From a virus, in IMG/VR virus record IMGVR_UViG_3300026116_000003, positions 10,136 through 74,135 of that record: a DNA stretch of 64,000 nt, one strand, 5' to 3'. The notes below the pieces were generated by a model. That model was not told where the DNA came from and did not search any database. It worked only from the letters and a program-made list of their open reading frames with translations. Positions 23,837-32,003 of this stretch are shown one piece after another; position 1 is the first letter of the stretch; each line of letters starts with the position of its first letter. The translations under genes were made by a program, and so were the position numbers.

Positions 23837-25512
23837 AGCTTTTGCGTCTCTACAATCAGAGACTTGATAAAGCCTAACGTCTGCTTGGTTTGCGGGTCCG
23901 TTGTTGCGTTCTGAGCTGCGGTAATTTGAGCGCTGAGTACTTCCAGCGGAGTCTGCGTATTCGGCACAGGCGGAGGTGGAGGAGGCGGAGGCAGAGCAGC
24001 TGCAGTTCGTATCAAAACAAAGGCGCCGAATTCGGGGAACGTGCTAGGCACGGGCGTAGCCGCAGCACCGTAAGGAATCGAAGTCGAATGCCCAAACATA
24101 TTGAGAGCTATCGTTCCGTCAGCCTGCACCGTAGCCGAGCTCACGTCTGAGTAATAGTTCTGGGCGTTACGGATATTCACAACGGTTCCGGGGAGCCAGC
24201 CGAGCGAAGCTACGTTGACAGCTAGCGCTGAAGCTTTGCTCCAGTTGTAAATACAAACATGGGCTCGATTAGCGTCATAAGCATTATTCTGCACGACGAT
24301 TTTGGGGCTTGTTGGAGCAGCGCCCACCGTCGAATTCAAATCGTAGCCCGTCTTCGTGCGCCAAGCTGCCAGCGATACGGCGCCCGTTCCCATGTCGAAC
24401 ACGGGCGCAGTGGGCGAAGAGAAGACGTAATTATTCCGGTCAAAGCTCCAGGGGATTACTACGCCGTTATTGAGAACAAGCGATACGTTCCCGTAAGTAA
24501 CGTCTGCTTCGTCAATCAGAGTGTTGCCGGTAAAAGTAAGAGTTTTCCAGCTGCCCAACCCTACTTTGCATTTCACCAAGTAGTTGTTCGTCACCACCAG
24601 GTCTCGATAGGCGTTGGCGTCGGGCTGATAAACGGTATTAAGGTCTGCTCCGTAAAAGCAGTTGTTGGTGATTTGGTTATCGACGACACGGTCAGCCACC
24701 CCGCCAGTACGAGTCCCAATAAGGACTTCTCCACGCTGGCCTTGCAGTCCAACGGCAAAGTTTTCATCGAAGCGGAAGTGCGAGCATTCGGCGATAGAGC
24801 TTCCATACATTTGAGCGTTCCGGTCGAAAGGGGAAACGAGCAAGTTGCGCTTGATTATTTTATAGCCAGACCACGTAGCTCCGTGCTGGAGATACAAATT
24901 GTGCCCGTGCTGGTGCGTGCTTCCCTGCCAGCCGTTATTGTAAATCAAACACCCGTAAATTTCAGCTTGCTTGCTCTGCGTCCAGGCGGAGATTCCCGTG
25001 CTCAAGTCATGCACGATACAGTTCAAGATTTTAACTCCGCTACCGTAGATGTTGATTCCGTCGCTACGGGTAAGGTCGAGTGGGAAACTCGTATCGTCGG
25101 TGGACTGCCGTTTCTCCAAAGAGCTGGAGAATACTTCCAAGTCTTGCAGCGTAACAAAGTTCCCCAGGCTGGCGTCGCTCGGGTCTCCGACTTTAATAGT
25201 CGGCCGCGCCATAGCGTGATAGCTAAGAGCCCCGCCGCCAAACGCTCCGCCGTCTATCCGAGCCTGTTCGCCCGGATAGCCGCGGAACGTGATGGGAGCG
25301 CCGGAAGAGCCGGACACACTGACGCGGAAAATATAACCCTCGTAATTCAAAGCGACGGCTTGCGGCGTATGAACGTAGACTCCGCCCCGCAACCAAACTA
25401 AATCTCCAGGCTGAACCAGCGGGCTATCGAAAGCCGTCTGCAAGTCCAGCGGGGAACTTATCAAGCCAGAGCCATTGGGAGAGCCATTCGGAGAAACGTA
25501 GAGGGTTTTCAT
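23833..25512 (-). CDS. Right-handed beta-helix (pectate-lyase-like) enzyme; putative polysaccharide depolymerase
   Basis: LYVSPNG...PGDLVWLRGGVY, GSSGAPITFRGYPGE, ILNCIVHD, GCLIYNNG, HGHNLY; poly-Pro linker near the C-terminus. Confidence 0.85.
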   Translation of the reverse strand: MKTLYVSPNGSPNGSGLISSPLDLQTAFDSPLVQPGDLVWLRGGVYVHTPQAVALNYEGYIFRVSVSGSSGAPITFRGYPGEQARIDGGAFGGGALSYHAMARPTIKVGDPSDASLGNFVTLQDLEVFSSSLEKRQSTDDTSFPLDLTRSDGINIYGSGVKILNCIVHDLSTGISAWTQSKQAEIYGCLIYNNGWQGSTHQHGHNLYLQHGATWSGYKIIKRNLLVSPFDRNAQMYGSSIAECSHFRFDENFAVGLQGQRGEVLIGTRTGGVADRVVDNQITNNCFYGADLNTVYQPDANAYRDLVVTNNYLVKCKVGLGSWKTLTFTGNTLIDEADVTYGNVSLVLNNGVVIPWSFDRNNYVFSSPTAPVFDMGTGAVSLAAWRTKTGYDLNSTVGAAPTSPKIVVQNNAYDANRAHVCIYNWSKASALAVNVASLGWLPGTVVNIRNAQNYYSDVSSATVQADGTIALNMFGHSTSIPYGAAATPVPSTFPEFGAFVLIRTAAALPPPPPPPPVPNTQTPLEVLSAQITAAQNATTDPQTKQTLGFIKSLIVETQKL

Positions 25513-25616
25513 TTAGAGGACTGGCCGGGAGTCTTTCAGTATCCCGGCCAGCATAACCTGCGGCGGAATTAGCATTTAATCTTTTTCATTTTGGTGCGCT
25601 ACAGGGTGGAGGAGGG

Positions 25617-25805
25617 TTATGAAATAATACCACGCTGAGCGTCAGTCTTCGCGTATTCCTGTTCCCAAATACCTTTGACGCGATTGCGCTCAGCTTGAGC
25701 TTCTTCAGCTGTCATCTCGCCCTTTGCTTCTGCACTCTTGGTAATCGATATCCACAACTGAACCAAGTGAGTAATGGCAGAGATTATCCATTCATAGTTT
25801 TTCAT
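25617..25805 (-). CDS. Small hypothetical protein (amphipathic N-terminus)
   Basis: Coupled to 25807-26283. Confidence 0.65.
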   Translation of the reverse strand: MKNYEWIISAITHLVQLWISITKSAEAKGEMTAEEAQAERNRVKGIWEQEYAKTDAQRGIIS

Positions 25806-25806
25806 A

Positions 25807-26283
25807 TTATTTCTTTTCGTTGGTTTGATAACTCAGCGCAGACGCGATGGCGCTTTGCAGCACCGCGAGGATTTGCTGCAGGTTAGTTTTAGCTTCTGGA
25901 GCGCCCCGATTGCTTTGGTAAGCGACTTTCGCCTTGTCGAGGTCGTTAATCCAAGTCTCGCCGTGAGCGCGGACTTCTTCAGCGAGCTTGTGGATAGCTG
26001 GCGACTTGGCGGCGAGCGTGGCTTCATTGTTACGTTCAAACTCCATAAACGATTTGAACGTATCGGCAGCCACTTTCCCCGTTTTCTCGGCGGCCACGAC
26101 AAGCTTGTCAGCTTGAGCGTCCTTATCGTAGACGCCAGTACTCGGGTTGTAAGTCCCCGTCTGCGTGCCAGCGCAGCCCGAGCAACCGACAAGGACCGCC
26201 GCCAAAGGCGGCATAAGAAGGAGGGAAGGAGTTGCGAGTGCGAGAGTCCCGGCCAGCATTAGTGAACTTAGAAGTTTCTTCAT
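25807..26283 (-). CDS. Putative lipoprotein / membrane-anchored helical protein
   Basis: MKK plus hydrophobic leader and LVGC lipobox-like motif. Confidence 0.7.
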   Translation of the reverse strand: MKKLLSSLMLAGTLALATPSLLLMPPLAAVLVGCSGCAGTQTGTYNPSTGVYDKDAQADKLVVAAEKTGKVAADTFKSFMEFERNNEATLAAKSPAIHKLAEEVRAHGETWINDLDKAKVAYQSNRGAPEAKTNLQQILAVLQSAIASALSYQTNEKK

Positions 26284-26318
26284 ATTGACATAGTAAGTTC
26301 CTTATCGACTAGAGACAA
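26284..26318 (-). promoter_or_regulatory. Sigma70-type leaderless promoter
   Basis: TTGTCT-N17-TACTAT-N6-ATG(26283), right after a terminator. Confidence 0.6.
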
Positions 26319-26324
26319 GCTAAT

Positions 26325-26362
26325 AAAAAACCCGCCCAGAAGGGCCACTTCCAGACGGGTTT
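26325..26362 (-). terminator. Rho-independent terminator
   Basis: AAACCCGTCTGGAAG...CTTCTGGGCGGG followed by TTTTTT. Confidence 0.8.
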
Positions 26363-26376
26363 GAACACCCAGACTT

Positions 26377-26547
26377 TCAGAGCTGTTTTTTTCTAGTGGC
26401 TGGCAGCTCTGTTTGACCAGTCACTAATTTTGAAGCTCTATCGATACGCGGCGGCGGAAGGCGGTCGAGTTTATCCAAAATCTTCCTTACGTCCCTAGCT
26501 AGCTGGTCGATTGCGTCCAGCATCCGTTGTTCTTCGTTAGAGGTCAC
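26377..26547 (-). CDS. 56-aa hypothetical protein (GTG start)
   Basis: Manual translation ..MLDAIDQLARDVRKILDKL..; GTGA overlap with the upstream stop. Confidence 0.5.
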   Translation of the reverse strand: MTSNEEQRMLDAIDQLARDVRKILDKLDRLPPPRIDRASKLVTGQTELPATRKKQL

Positions 26548-27050
26548 GGTTCGAGGAGCCGGAGGAACAGCTGGTTAGAGTTTGTAGGGAAGCACTCAGC
26601 CCACTGATAATAAGTAGAGTTGTTAAGCACTTGCCCATCTACCCACGCCACTAAGTCAGTACTCCGTTGCACGCGCCACACGGCCAGCGGGTCGGCGTTA
26701 GTTACCATAACTGAAATGCAGCCGTTGGTCATCGGCTCCAGCACAAGCGCCGTCGGGTCGAAGCGGTGGGCAGTAACCGTAATCACCCCGCTCCCTCCGG
26801 TATAGGGGACGCTGATAGACGTAGGGGTGATAGTGAATACGCAGTTAGTCGGTAGAGCAGCTGAGCGGAAAGTACGCGTCGGAATCGCTGGAGCTTGAGC
26901 TACCTGAATGGGAATAGCGTAAAGCGGAGTATGCGTAGCCGCCAGCATCTCCCGCACCGGCCGAGCCGGAATCCGTAGCTGCGCGACGGCTTCAAGTATA
27001 AACGCAAAGCAGATTATTATTCCGGCCAGTCGAAGTAGGTTATTTTTCAT
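26544..27050 (-). CDS. Secreted protein with partial BACON/Ig-like segment and Verrucomicrobia-type C-terminal motif
   Basis: Signal peptide MKNNLLRLAGIIICFAFILEAVA; FTITPTSISVPYTGGSGVITVTA; WRVQRSTDLVAW...QLFLRL. Confidence 0.65.
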   Translation of the reverse strand: MKNNLLRLAGIIICFAFILEAVAQLRIPARPVREMLAATHTPLYAIPIQVAQAPAIPTRTFRSAALPTNCVFTITPTSISVPYTGGSGVITVTAHRFDPTALVLEPMTNGCISVMVTNADPLAVWRVQRSTDLVAWVDGQVLNNSTYYQWAECFPTNSNQLFLRLLEP

Positions 27051-27433
27051 TTTGTATTTGTATGCACCCAAAAATCAACGATGTGTTTGACGGACTTGCT
27101 AAACTGAGTAAAGTCAATGGACTTGATTACATAGGCATTAGTTCCGGCTCGATAGCAGTTTTCAATATCTAAGGGACTGCTGGACGAAGAAAATACCACT
27201 ATCGGCAAGCTGTACGAGTTAGCGCGAAGAGCCTTGACCAGCTCCAGCCCGCTTAATTGCGGGAGGTGCAAATCGATAATCACAACCGAAGGCAAATTAG
27301 AGCACTCGCGCAAGTAACTCACTGCTTGGGGACCGTCGATAACAAATGTAATTCGCTCTTTGTGCTCCCACTGGGACAAGATAGATTGGATTAAAAGCCG
27401 GTCTCTCGTATTGTCTTCTACGAATAAAATCAT
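27047..27433 (-). CDS. Single-domain response regulator receiver (Rcp1/CheY-like)
   Basis: ILFVEDN, IIDLHLPQLSGLE (phospho-Asp), PIVVFSSS, CYRAGTNAYVIK, C-terminal FW. Confidence 0.9.
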   Translation of the reverse strand: MILFVEDNTRDRLLIQSILSQWEHKERITFVIDGPQAVSYLRECSNLPSVVIIDLHLPQLSGLELVKALRANSYSLPIVVFSSSSSPLDIENCYRAGTNAYVIKSIDFTQFSKSVKHIVDFWVHTNTK

Positions 27434-28008
27434 GGAACAATACTTTGTTTTAATGCTCTCTCCCTAACTATTCTGACCCGCTCATCCGCCCGAGCTTGAG
27501 CTTCCATGTGGTCCAAGTAGTCTTTCTCCGCTGCTCGTGCGTTAGCTGCGTCTTCCGCAGTAGCCCCAGGACGTTGAAGAATAGCTAAAGCAAATTCCCA
27601 AGTCTTCTTCTTCTGAGCGCCCATCTTCGAATTCACATCCACGTGAATCTCTTCCATCTTAATCTGCTGAGCTACTGTTGCTTTGGTAAGCGAGTCTTTT
27701 ACTTCTTTTGCAGCCCGAGCTGTCTCCAAGTTTTGTGCTTCCAGCTTGTCGCTCAATTCGCGGGCTCGCTTCTCTAATTGCTGCTCGACCTGCTTCGCCA
27801 CTTCCAGTTGAGCGAGCCTCTGCTTCTCTAATTTCTCCGCCGTCTGCAAGCGAGCGAGCTCGGCGGCTTCAGCCACTCGTTTAGCTTTGTCCGCCTCCAG
27901 CTTTTGCATTACCAGAGAAATGATAAGAGCTATCGGCGTCGCTATAGCTCCAAGCTCTCTAGCGTTTTCCATAAAACCGCTAGCAGCAAACAAAATTAAC
28001 TCATTCAT
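27430..28008 (-). CDS. Membrane-anchored coiled-coil protein (holin/spanin-like)
   Basis: N-terminal hydrophobic ATPIALIISLV, long coiled coil, IHVDVNSKM. Confidence 0.6.
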   Translation of the reverse strand: MNELILFAASGFMENARELGAIATPIALIISLVMQKLEADKAKRVAEAAELARLQTAEKLEKQRLAQLEVAKQVEQQLEKRARELSDKLEAQNLETARAAKEVKDSLTKATVAQQIKMEEIHVDVNSKMGAQKKKTWEFALAILQRPGATAEDAANARAAEKDYLDHMEAQARADERVRIVRERALKQSIVP

Positions 28009-28011
28009 TTT

Positions 28012-28206
28012 TCAAAACGGTGGCGAAGAATTCCGGCCGAGTTCCAACAGGAGCTCATGTTCAATCCGGAGCCGCGCCAGCTCGTATCTTAACTGGGCTA
28101 CTTCGTTTGGGCAAGCCATAGGCCACCGCTCCTTCGGCAAGTCCAGCTTGTCGGTGGGCGCTGTCGTGCAGGCCGTGAGCAGCAAAAGCAAAAGGAAAAG
28201 TTTCAT
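28012..28206 (-). CDS. Small lipoprotein (o-spanin-like)
   Basis: MKLFLLLLLLTAC lipobox; TAATG coupling. Confidence 0.65.
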   Translation of the reverse strand: MKLFLLLLLLTACTTAPTDKLDLPKERWPMACPNEVAQLRYELARLRIEHELLLELGRNSSPPF

Positions 28207-28943
28207 TAAGGCAGTCCCCACTTGGCTTTTAGATAGTTGTCGTAAAGGTTATCCACTTCTGCGTCGCTCCGGTGAGCTGTATAAGCAATAGCTTCGGCAA
28301 TATCTCCTTTCATAATCGCACCGATATTGATTCCTTGACCCATGTGTGTAATGCCAAACACTCCGGGGTGTGTCGTTGTCCCGCGTGCTGTTTTATTCTC
28401 CCGATACCAAACCGTGACCCCATTACTTTTCAAGGTCATCATGTGAACGCTGCTGCTGACCGTAGCCAGAGTAGAAGAAGTGGCGTTCCCTCCTCCCATA
28501 GTTGACCCCATTTGCTCTACGCTTCCGGCCGTGAAAATCCTCGACATTTTATCATTACCAGCAGGGTTTCCCCAGATAGCAAATAAATCGCCTGCCACCA
28601 TCGTAAATTTCCCAATAACAATCAGCGTAAATGAGCCGTTGAGTGAGATAGCTGAAGTCAGAAGAAGTTTGTCATTGTTGGGGCTGGCTACTCCGTCGAA
28701 CCGGATGACGGACCGGCCGTTGATGATATTAGTTTTGAGCTGCGGCCGATTGGCTGCCGTCGCTTGAATAAGGTGGTTGGCGTTGCTGCTCCGGTCAGTG
28801 AACTTGGCGCTTGCGTTGTCAATCGCGGTGGCGTCCGCATAACCAAGATAGTCCGCGTCCCACCAGCCAGCAAGATTAGCGTAGTCTGTCGGGGCGGCGG
28901 CTGCGGCGGAAGGAGCCAGGAAAGGTAAAGTAGAAAAGTTCAA
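28206..28943 (-). CDS. LamG/concanavalin-like lectin virion protein
   Basis: LAGWWDAD, DRSSNANHL, INGRSVIRFDG, GDIAEAIAY...YLKAKWG. Confidence 0.85.
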   Translation of the reverse strand: MNFSTLPFLAPSAAAAAPTDYANLAGWWDADYLGYADATAIDNASAKFTDRSSNANHLIQATAANRPQLKTNIINGRSVIRFDGVASPNNDKLLLTSAISLNGSFTLIVIGKFTMVAGDLFAIWGNPAGNDKMSRIFTAGSVEQMGSTMGGGNATSSTLATVSSSVHMMTLKSNGVTVWYRENKTARGTTTHPGVFGITHMGQGINIGAIMKGDIAEAIAYTAHRSDAEVDNLYDNYLKAKWGLP

Positions 28944-31510
28944 GGTTGTGCTTTGTAAGAGTAATAGACTAGCGCCTCTGTGCTCCCTTTACAGTGCAGC
29001 GCCAGCACTCCCACCTTGTTAGCAGCCAGGCTGGCGTCGATAGCTGCTCCAATCGGAATCCAGCTAGCGTTGACTGCCAGGTTCCGCAGCGTGCCATCGC
29101 TGACAATCCAAATCGTTTTCTTCTTCCCGTCGCCCCGGTTGCTCGTCGTCATGCTGGTAACGGCGGCAGTGAGAGACATGGTTTCTTCCTCCGCTGCGTC
29201 GAAGTCCCACACGGGCGTTGCGCTTGGGGTCTTGGTAGCAACGGAGGCGACGTAGTTCAATGCGCTCACTAAGTTCTTGCTGCCGTCAGTCCGGACGATT
29301 TGCGAGGCAGTAAGGCCGGCCATGTTTACGGTCCCGGTAAAGCTAGGGCTGGCCAGCGGTGCTTTGAGCGCAAGGTCTGTGTCTAGGTCGTAGCTGACCA
29401 GGTTCTTGCTGGCGTCCGTCTTCACCCAGCGCGACGCAGTTAAGTTAGGAATGTTAGCCACTCCCGCCGTCAAGCTCAGCGCCGTTGACCCGCTGTTCTG
29501 CAACAGGATTGTAGAGCCGCGAATCGTTATTGGAACCCACGCTGCCCCGCCCCGGTTGTAGCTGGTGATATAAGAAATTCCGCCATTGTATTCCAGTTCA
29601 AAGCCGCCCGTGCCGCCGGGGGAAACCATGCTGCCGAGCACCTGGAGCCCGCCGGCCATTGAGTTGTCAATCCCCGTGACGCCAATCTGCAAGCGGTCGC
29701 TGGCGTCCAAGCCGAGAATTGTTTTGACTACTCCGGCAAAAGTCAGCGCGTTCAAGCTCTGCGCGTTAGCCAGCAGCGCGTAGCTAGGGAGCCAGCGGTA
29801 TCCGGCAGTGAAGTTATTTATCGCGCTGGAAACAATTCCAGCCACTAGCGCGTAGCCGGTCGCGTTCAAGTGGATAGCGTCGACGTTGTAGTAGGTCGTG
29901 TTCGAGTAGGAGCCATCCGTTCCCAAGTGGGTATTGCTAGCTAGGTCCGCCAGCCCATCGGCGAAGGTCGGCCAGTGCAACCGAATCAAAGCGTTGAAGG
30001 TATTTTTCAGCGAGTCCAGCGTCGCGGCCCCAATGCCCGTGCCTGTCCGGGAAATCATCGTGCAGACAATGACGCTCCAGCCCGCTTTGCGACGGTAGTT
30101 GCAATAAGCGAGCAGCCGGTTGAATACAGTTTCGACGCTCGCCAAGTCTACCGCGAAGTCATTTGTCCCGCCCCAAATCACCACGACGTTCCGCCGCCCG
30201 CAGCGCGTGAATAACGTATCGACTGTATGGAAGGACGCATCCTGCATCATCAGCAAAGTACGGCCACTCACTGCGGCTTGGGTTGCGGTAAACGTCTCCG
30301 TAGTGGAGAGCCCCGCTTGATACGTGGCGACAGATAGCGAGTCCCCGTCAGTAACTAGCGTACTCGTTACCACTGCTGTGCCGTTCTTAGCATCTTCCAA
30401 GCAGCGCCACTTCGTTGATGTATTGTCGTAGACTAAGAGCACTATTTGAGTAGGGATAACAATCAAGTCCTGCGTTAGGGAGAACTGGTTGCCGGCCGAA
30501 CTGGAACTGGAAAGCTTTTTTAGCACCAGGTTGAAGCTGCCCACGTTGGCTAGCGCGATTACCCGGCCCGAAGCTCCACCAGTCAACCCCGTCAAGTTGC
30601 GAGAAGCGTCAGTGCTCACCCGAATAATACTGGCGGCTGACAATCCAGTAGGCGCCCAGTCGTCAGTATCAGCGCTAAGTTGAGTAGGAGTAATCACACC
30701 CGGCAGCGCGAAGCTTGTGCTCGCTTGCGTAACGACTGGCAAAGCAGCAGTGCCAGCTAAGTCTCCAGCCAGCTTGACCCGGCCCTTGAGTGCGGTCGTG
30801 GCGTCTTCTTCCGTATTGTCGATTTTATCCCATATCGTGCCGTTGAAAACAATCAAGTCCCCTACGTTCCATTCAGCAATACCATCAATCGACGTAGTGC
30901 CAGCGACGCTTACCTTGTAGTAGAAGCCTTTAGTCCCGACTCCATCGGCCAGAGCCGGGGAATTCGTGCTGGAATTCCAAGTCCCCTGGTAATTCAGTCC
31001 GCCGACAACTGCTACCGGAAGGTCAGCTAGAACCAGAGAGCGGTAAGTCGGCGCAGCGTCAGCTCCAGTAGTCGGTCCGGCTTTGATTTTGTTGGCAGCT
31101 TGAGCATTTTCTGTTACCGCAAAACCACCCGCTCCGGTTACTGGCGAGCCCGCAACGCCGAAGTCTGACGGCATAGATAGAGCTACGCTGGTAACTGTCC
31201 CCGCTCCCGGCGTCGGAATAATTACCCAGCCACGCTGCGTGCTTTCCGGGTCGCTATCTGGAATAATCAAGTCGGGAGAAGATTCCTGGTCGGTAGTCTC
31301 CTGGAGCTGATAGTGAGACAAGACGCCAGCAATGACTACTTTTACCGTAGGCCCCGTAACAATACCAGTCACGTCGACGCCATCTAGGTTCCCCGCGCCT
31401 CCGCCCGTTAGCCCGGTGATACTCCACAACGGGAACGCCCACCGCGCTTTGTTCACCGCGTCGTCTACGTTGACGCCGGGATGTTCCGAAAGATAAGGAG
31501 TTAGTGCCAT
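28940..31510 (-). CDS. Tail fibre/spike with SGNH (GDSL) esterase domain
   Basis: GTVTSVAL and YQGTWNSSTNSP fibre motifs; GDSLS, GGTND and DAIH catalytic blocks. Confidence 0.88.
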   Translation of the reverse strand: MALTPYLSEHPGVNVDDAVNKARWAFPLWSITGLTGGGAGNLDGVDVTGIVTGPTVKVVIAGVLSHYQLQETTDQESSPDLIIPDSDPESTQRGWVIIPTPGAGTVTSVALSMPSDFGVAGSPVTGAGGFAVTENAQAANKIKAGPTTGADAAPTYRSLVLADLPVAVVGGLNYQGTWNSSTNSPALADGVGTKGFYYKVSVAGTTSIDGIAEWNVGDLIVFNGTIWDKIDNTEEDATTALKGRVKLAGDLAGTAALPVVTQASTSFALPGVITPTQLSADTDDWAPTGLSAASIIRVSTDASRNLTGLTGGASGRVIALANVGSFNLVLKKLSSSSSAGNQFSLTQDLIVIPTQIVLLVYDNTSTKWRCLEDAKNGTAVVTSTLVTDGDSLSVATYQAGLSTTETFTATQAAVSGRTLLMMQDASFHTVDTLFTRCGRRNVVVIWGGTNDFAVDLASVETVFNRLLAYCNYRRKAGWSVIVCTMISRTGTGIGAATLDSLKNTFNALIRLHWPTFADGLADLASNTHLGTDGSYSNTTYYNVDAIHLNATGYALVAGIVSSAINNFTAGYRWLPSYALLANAQSLNALTFAGVVKTILGLDASDRLQIGVTGIDNSMAGGLQVLGSMVSPGGTGGFELEYNGGISYITSYNRGGAAWVPITIRGSTILLQNSGSTALSLTAGVANIPNLTASRWVKTDASKNLVSYDLDTDLALKAPLASPSFTGTVNMAGLTASQIVRTDGSKNLVSALNYVASVATKTPSATPVWDFDAAEEETMSLTAAVTSMTTSNRGDGKKKTIWIVSDGTLRNLAVNASWIPIGAAIDASLAANKVGVLALHCKGSTEALVYYSYKAQP

Positions 31511-31514
31511 AAGC

Positions 31515-32003
31515 TTATTCTATAACCCAAAATTCAAAGCCGTCCGAAGTAATAAAGAGCACGTGGTCTGGACCGCTCTCCACTTCAAATGGACCGTAGC
31601 CAACCAGCTCAGCTTCCGCGTCTATTTCCGACTTGTCAATCAAATCAATGCGAGCAGTTACCGACCATATTCCCTCCAGATACTCGCAAGCATAGCCGCC
31701 GATAAATCTTACCATCCAAACAGTCAGCTCTGTATTCTTCGGATAGCGAAGCTCAAGCGAGAAAGCAGCGGCTCCATTGCCGAGAGTATCAGCAAAGAAA
31801 GTTTGGAAAGCAGCATACTGGGTTTCGTTCAAGCGCCAGCTGACCGAAGCGGGGACATAGAACTTGTCGAACCGAGAGCGGCGCACAATCGGCCCGTCGT
31901 CAAACGAGCTGGAGATGGTAGCGTTGCGGTTCGCGCCCGCGTAGTCGATAAAGGGCAACGGGAGCTCAGTGGGCCAAACAATATCGATGGTAAGGACGCT
32001 CAT
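31515..32003 (-). CDS. Distal tail protein (gpM/Dit-like)
   Basis: Directly after the tape measure; WPTELPLP, RRSRF, FQTFFADTLGNGAAAF. Confidence 0.8.
   Translation of the reverse strand: MSVLTIDIVWPTELPLPFIDYAGANRNATISSSFDDGPIVRRSRFDKFYVPASVSWRLNETQYAAFQTFFADTLGNGAAAFSLELRYPKNTELTVWMVRFIGGYACEYLEGIWSVTARIDLIDKSEIDAEAELVGYGPFEVESGPDHVLFITSDGFEFWVIE

Noticed and set aside
24259-25401. Long plus-strand ORFs (also 613-1353, 6276-7088, 11466-12350, 32813-33637, 51904-52953, 55691-56557, 58553-59374)
   Set aside because: Antisense shadows of well-supported minus-strand genes, with no recognisable motifs
26302-26309. GTCGATAA as a 13th sigma28-like promoter
   Set aside because: No TAAA 15 nt upstream; better explained as spacer of a TTGTCT-17-TACTAT sigma70 promoter
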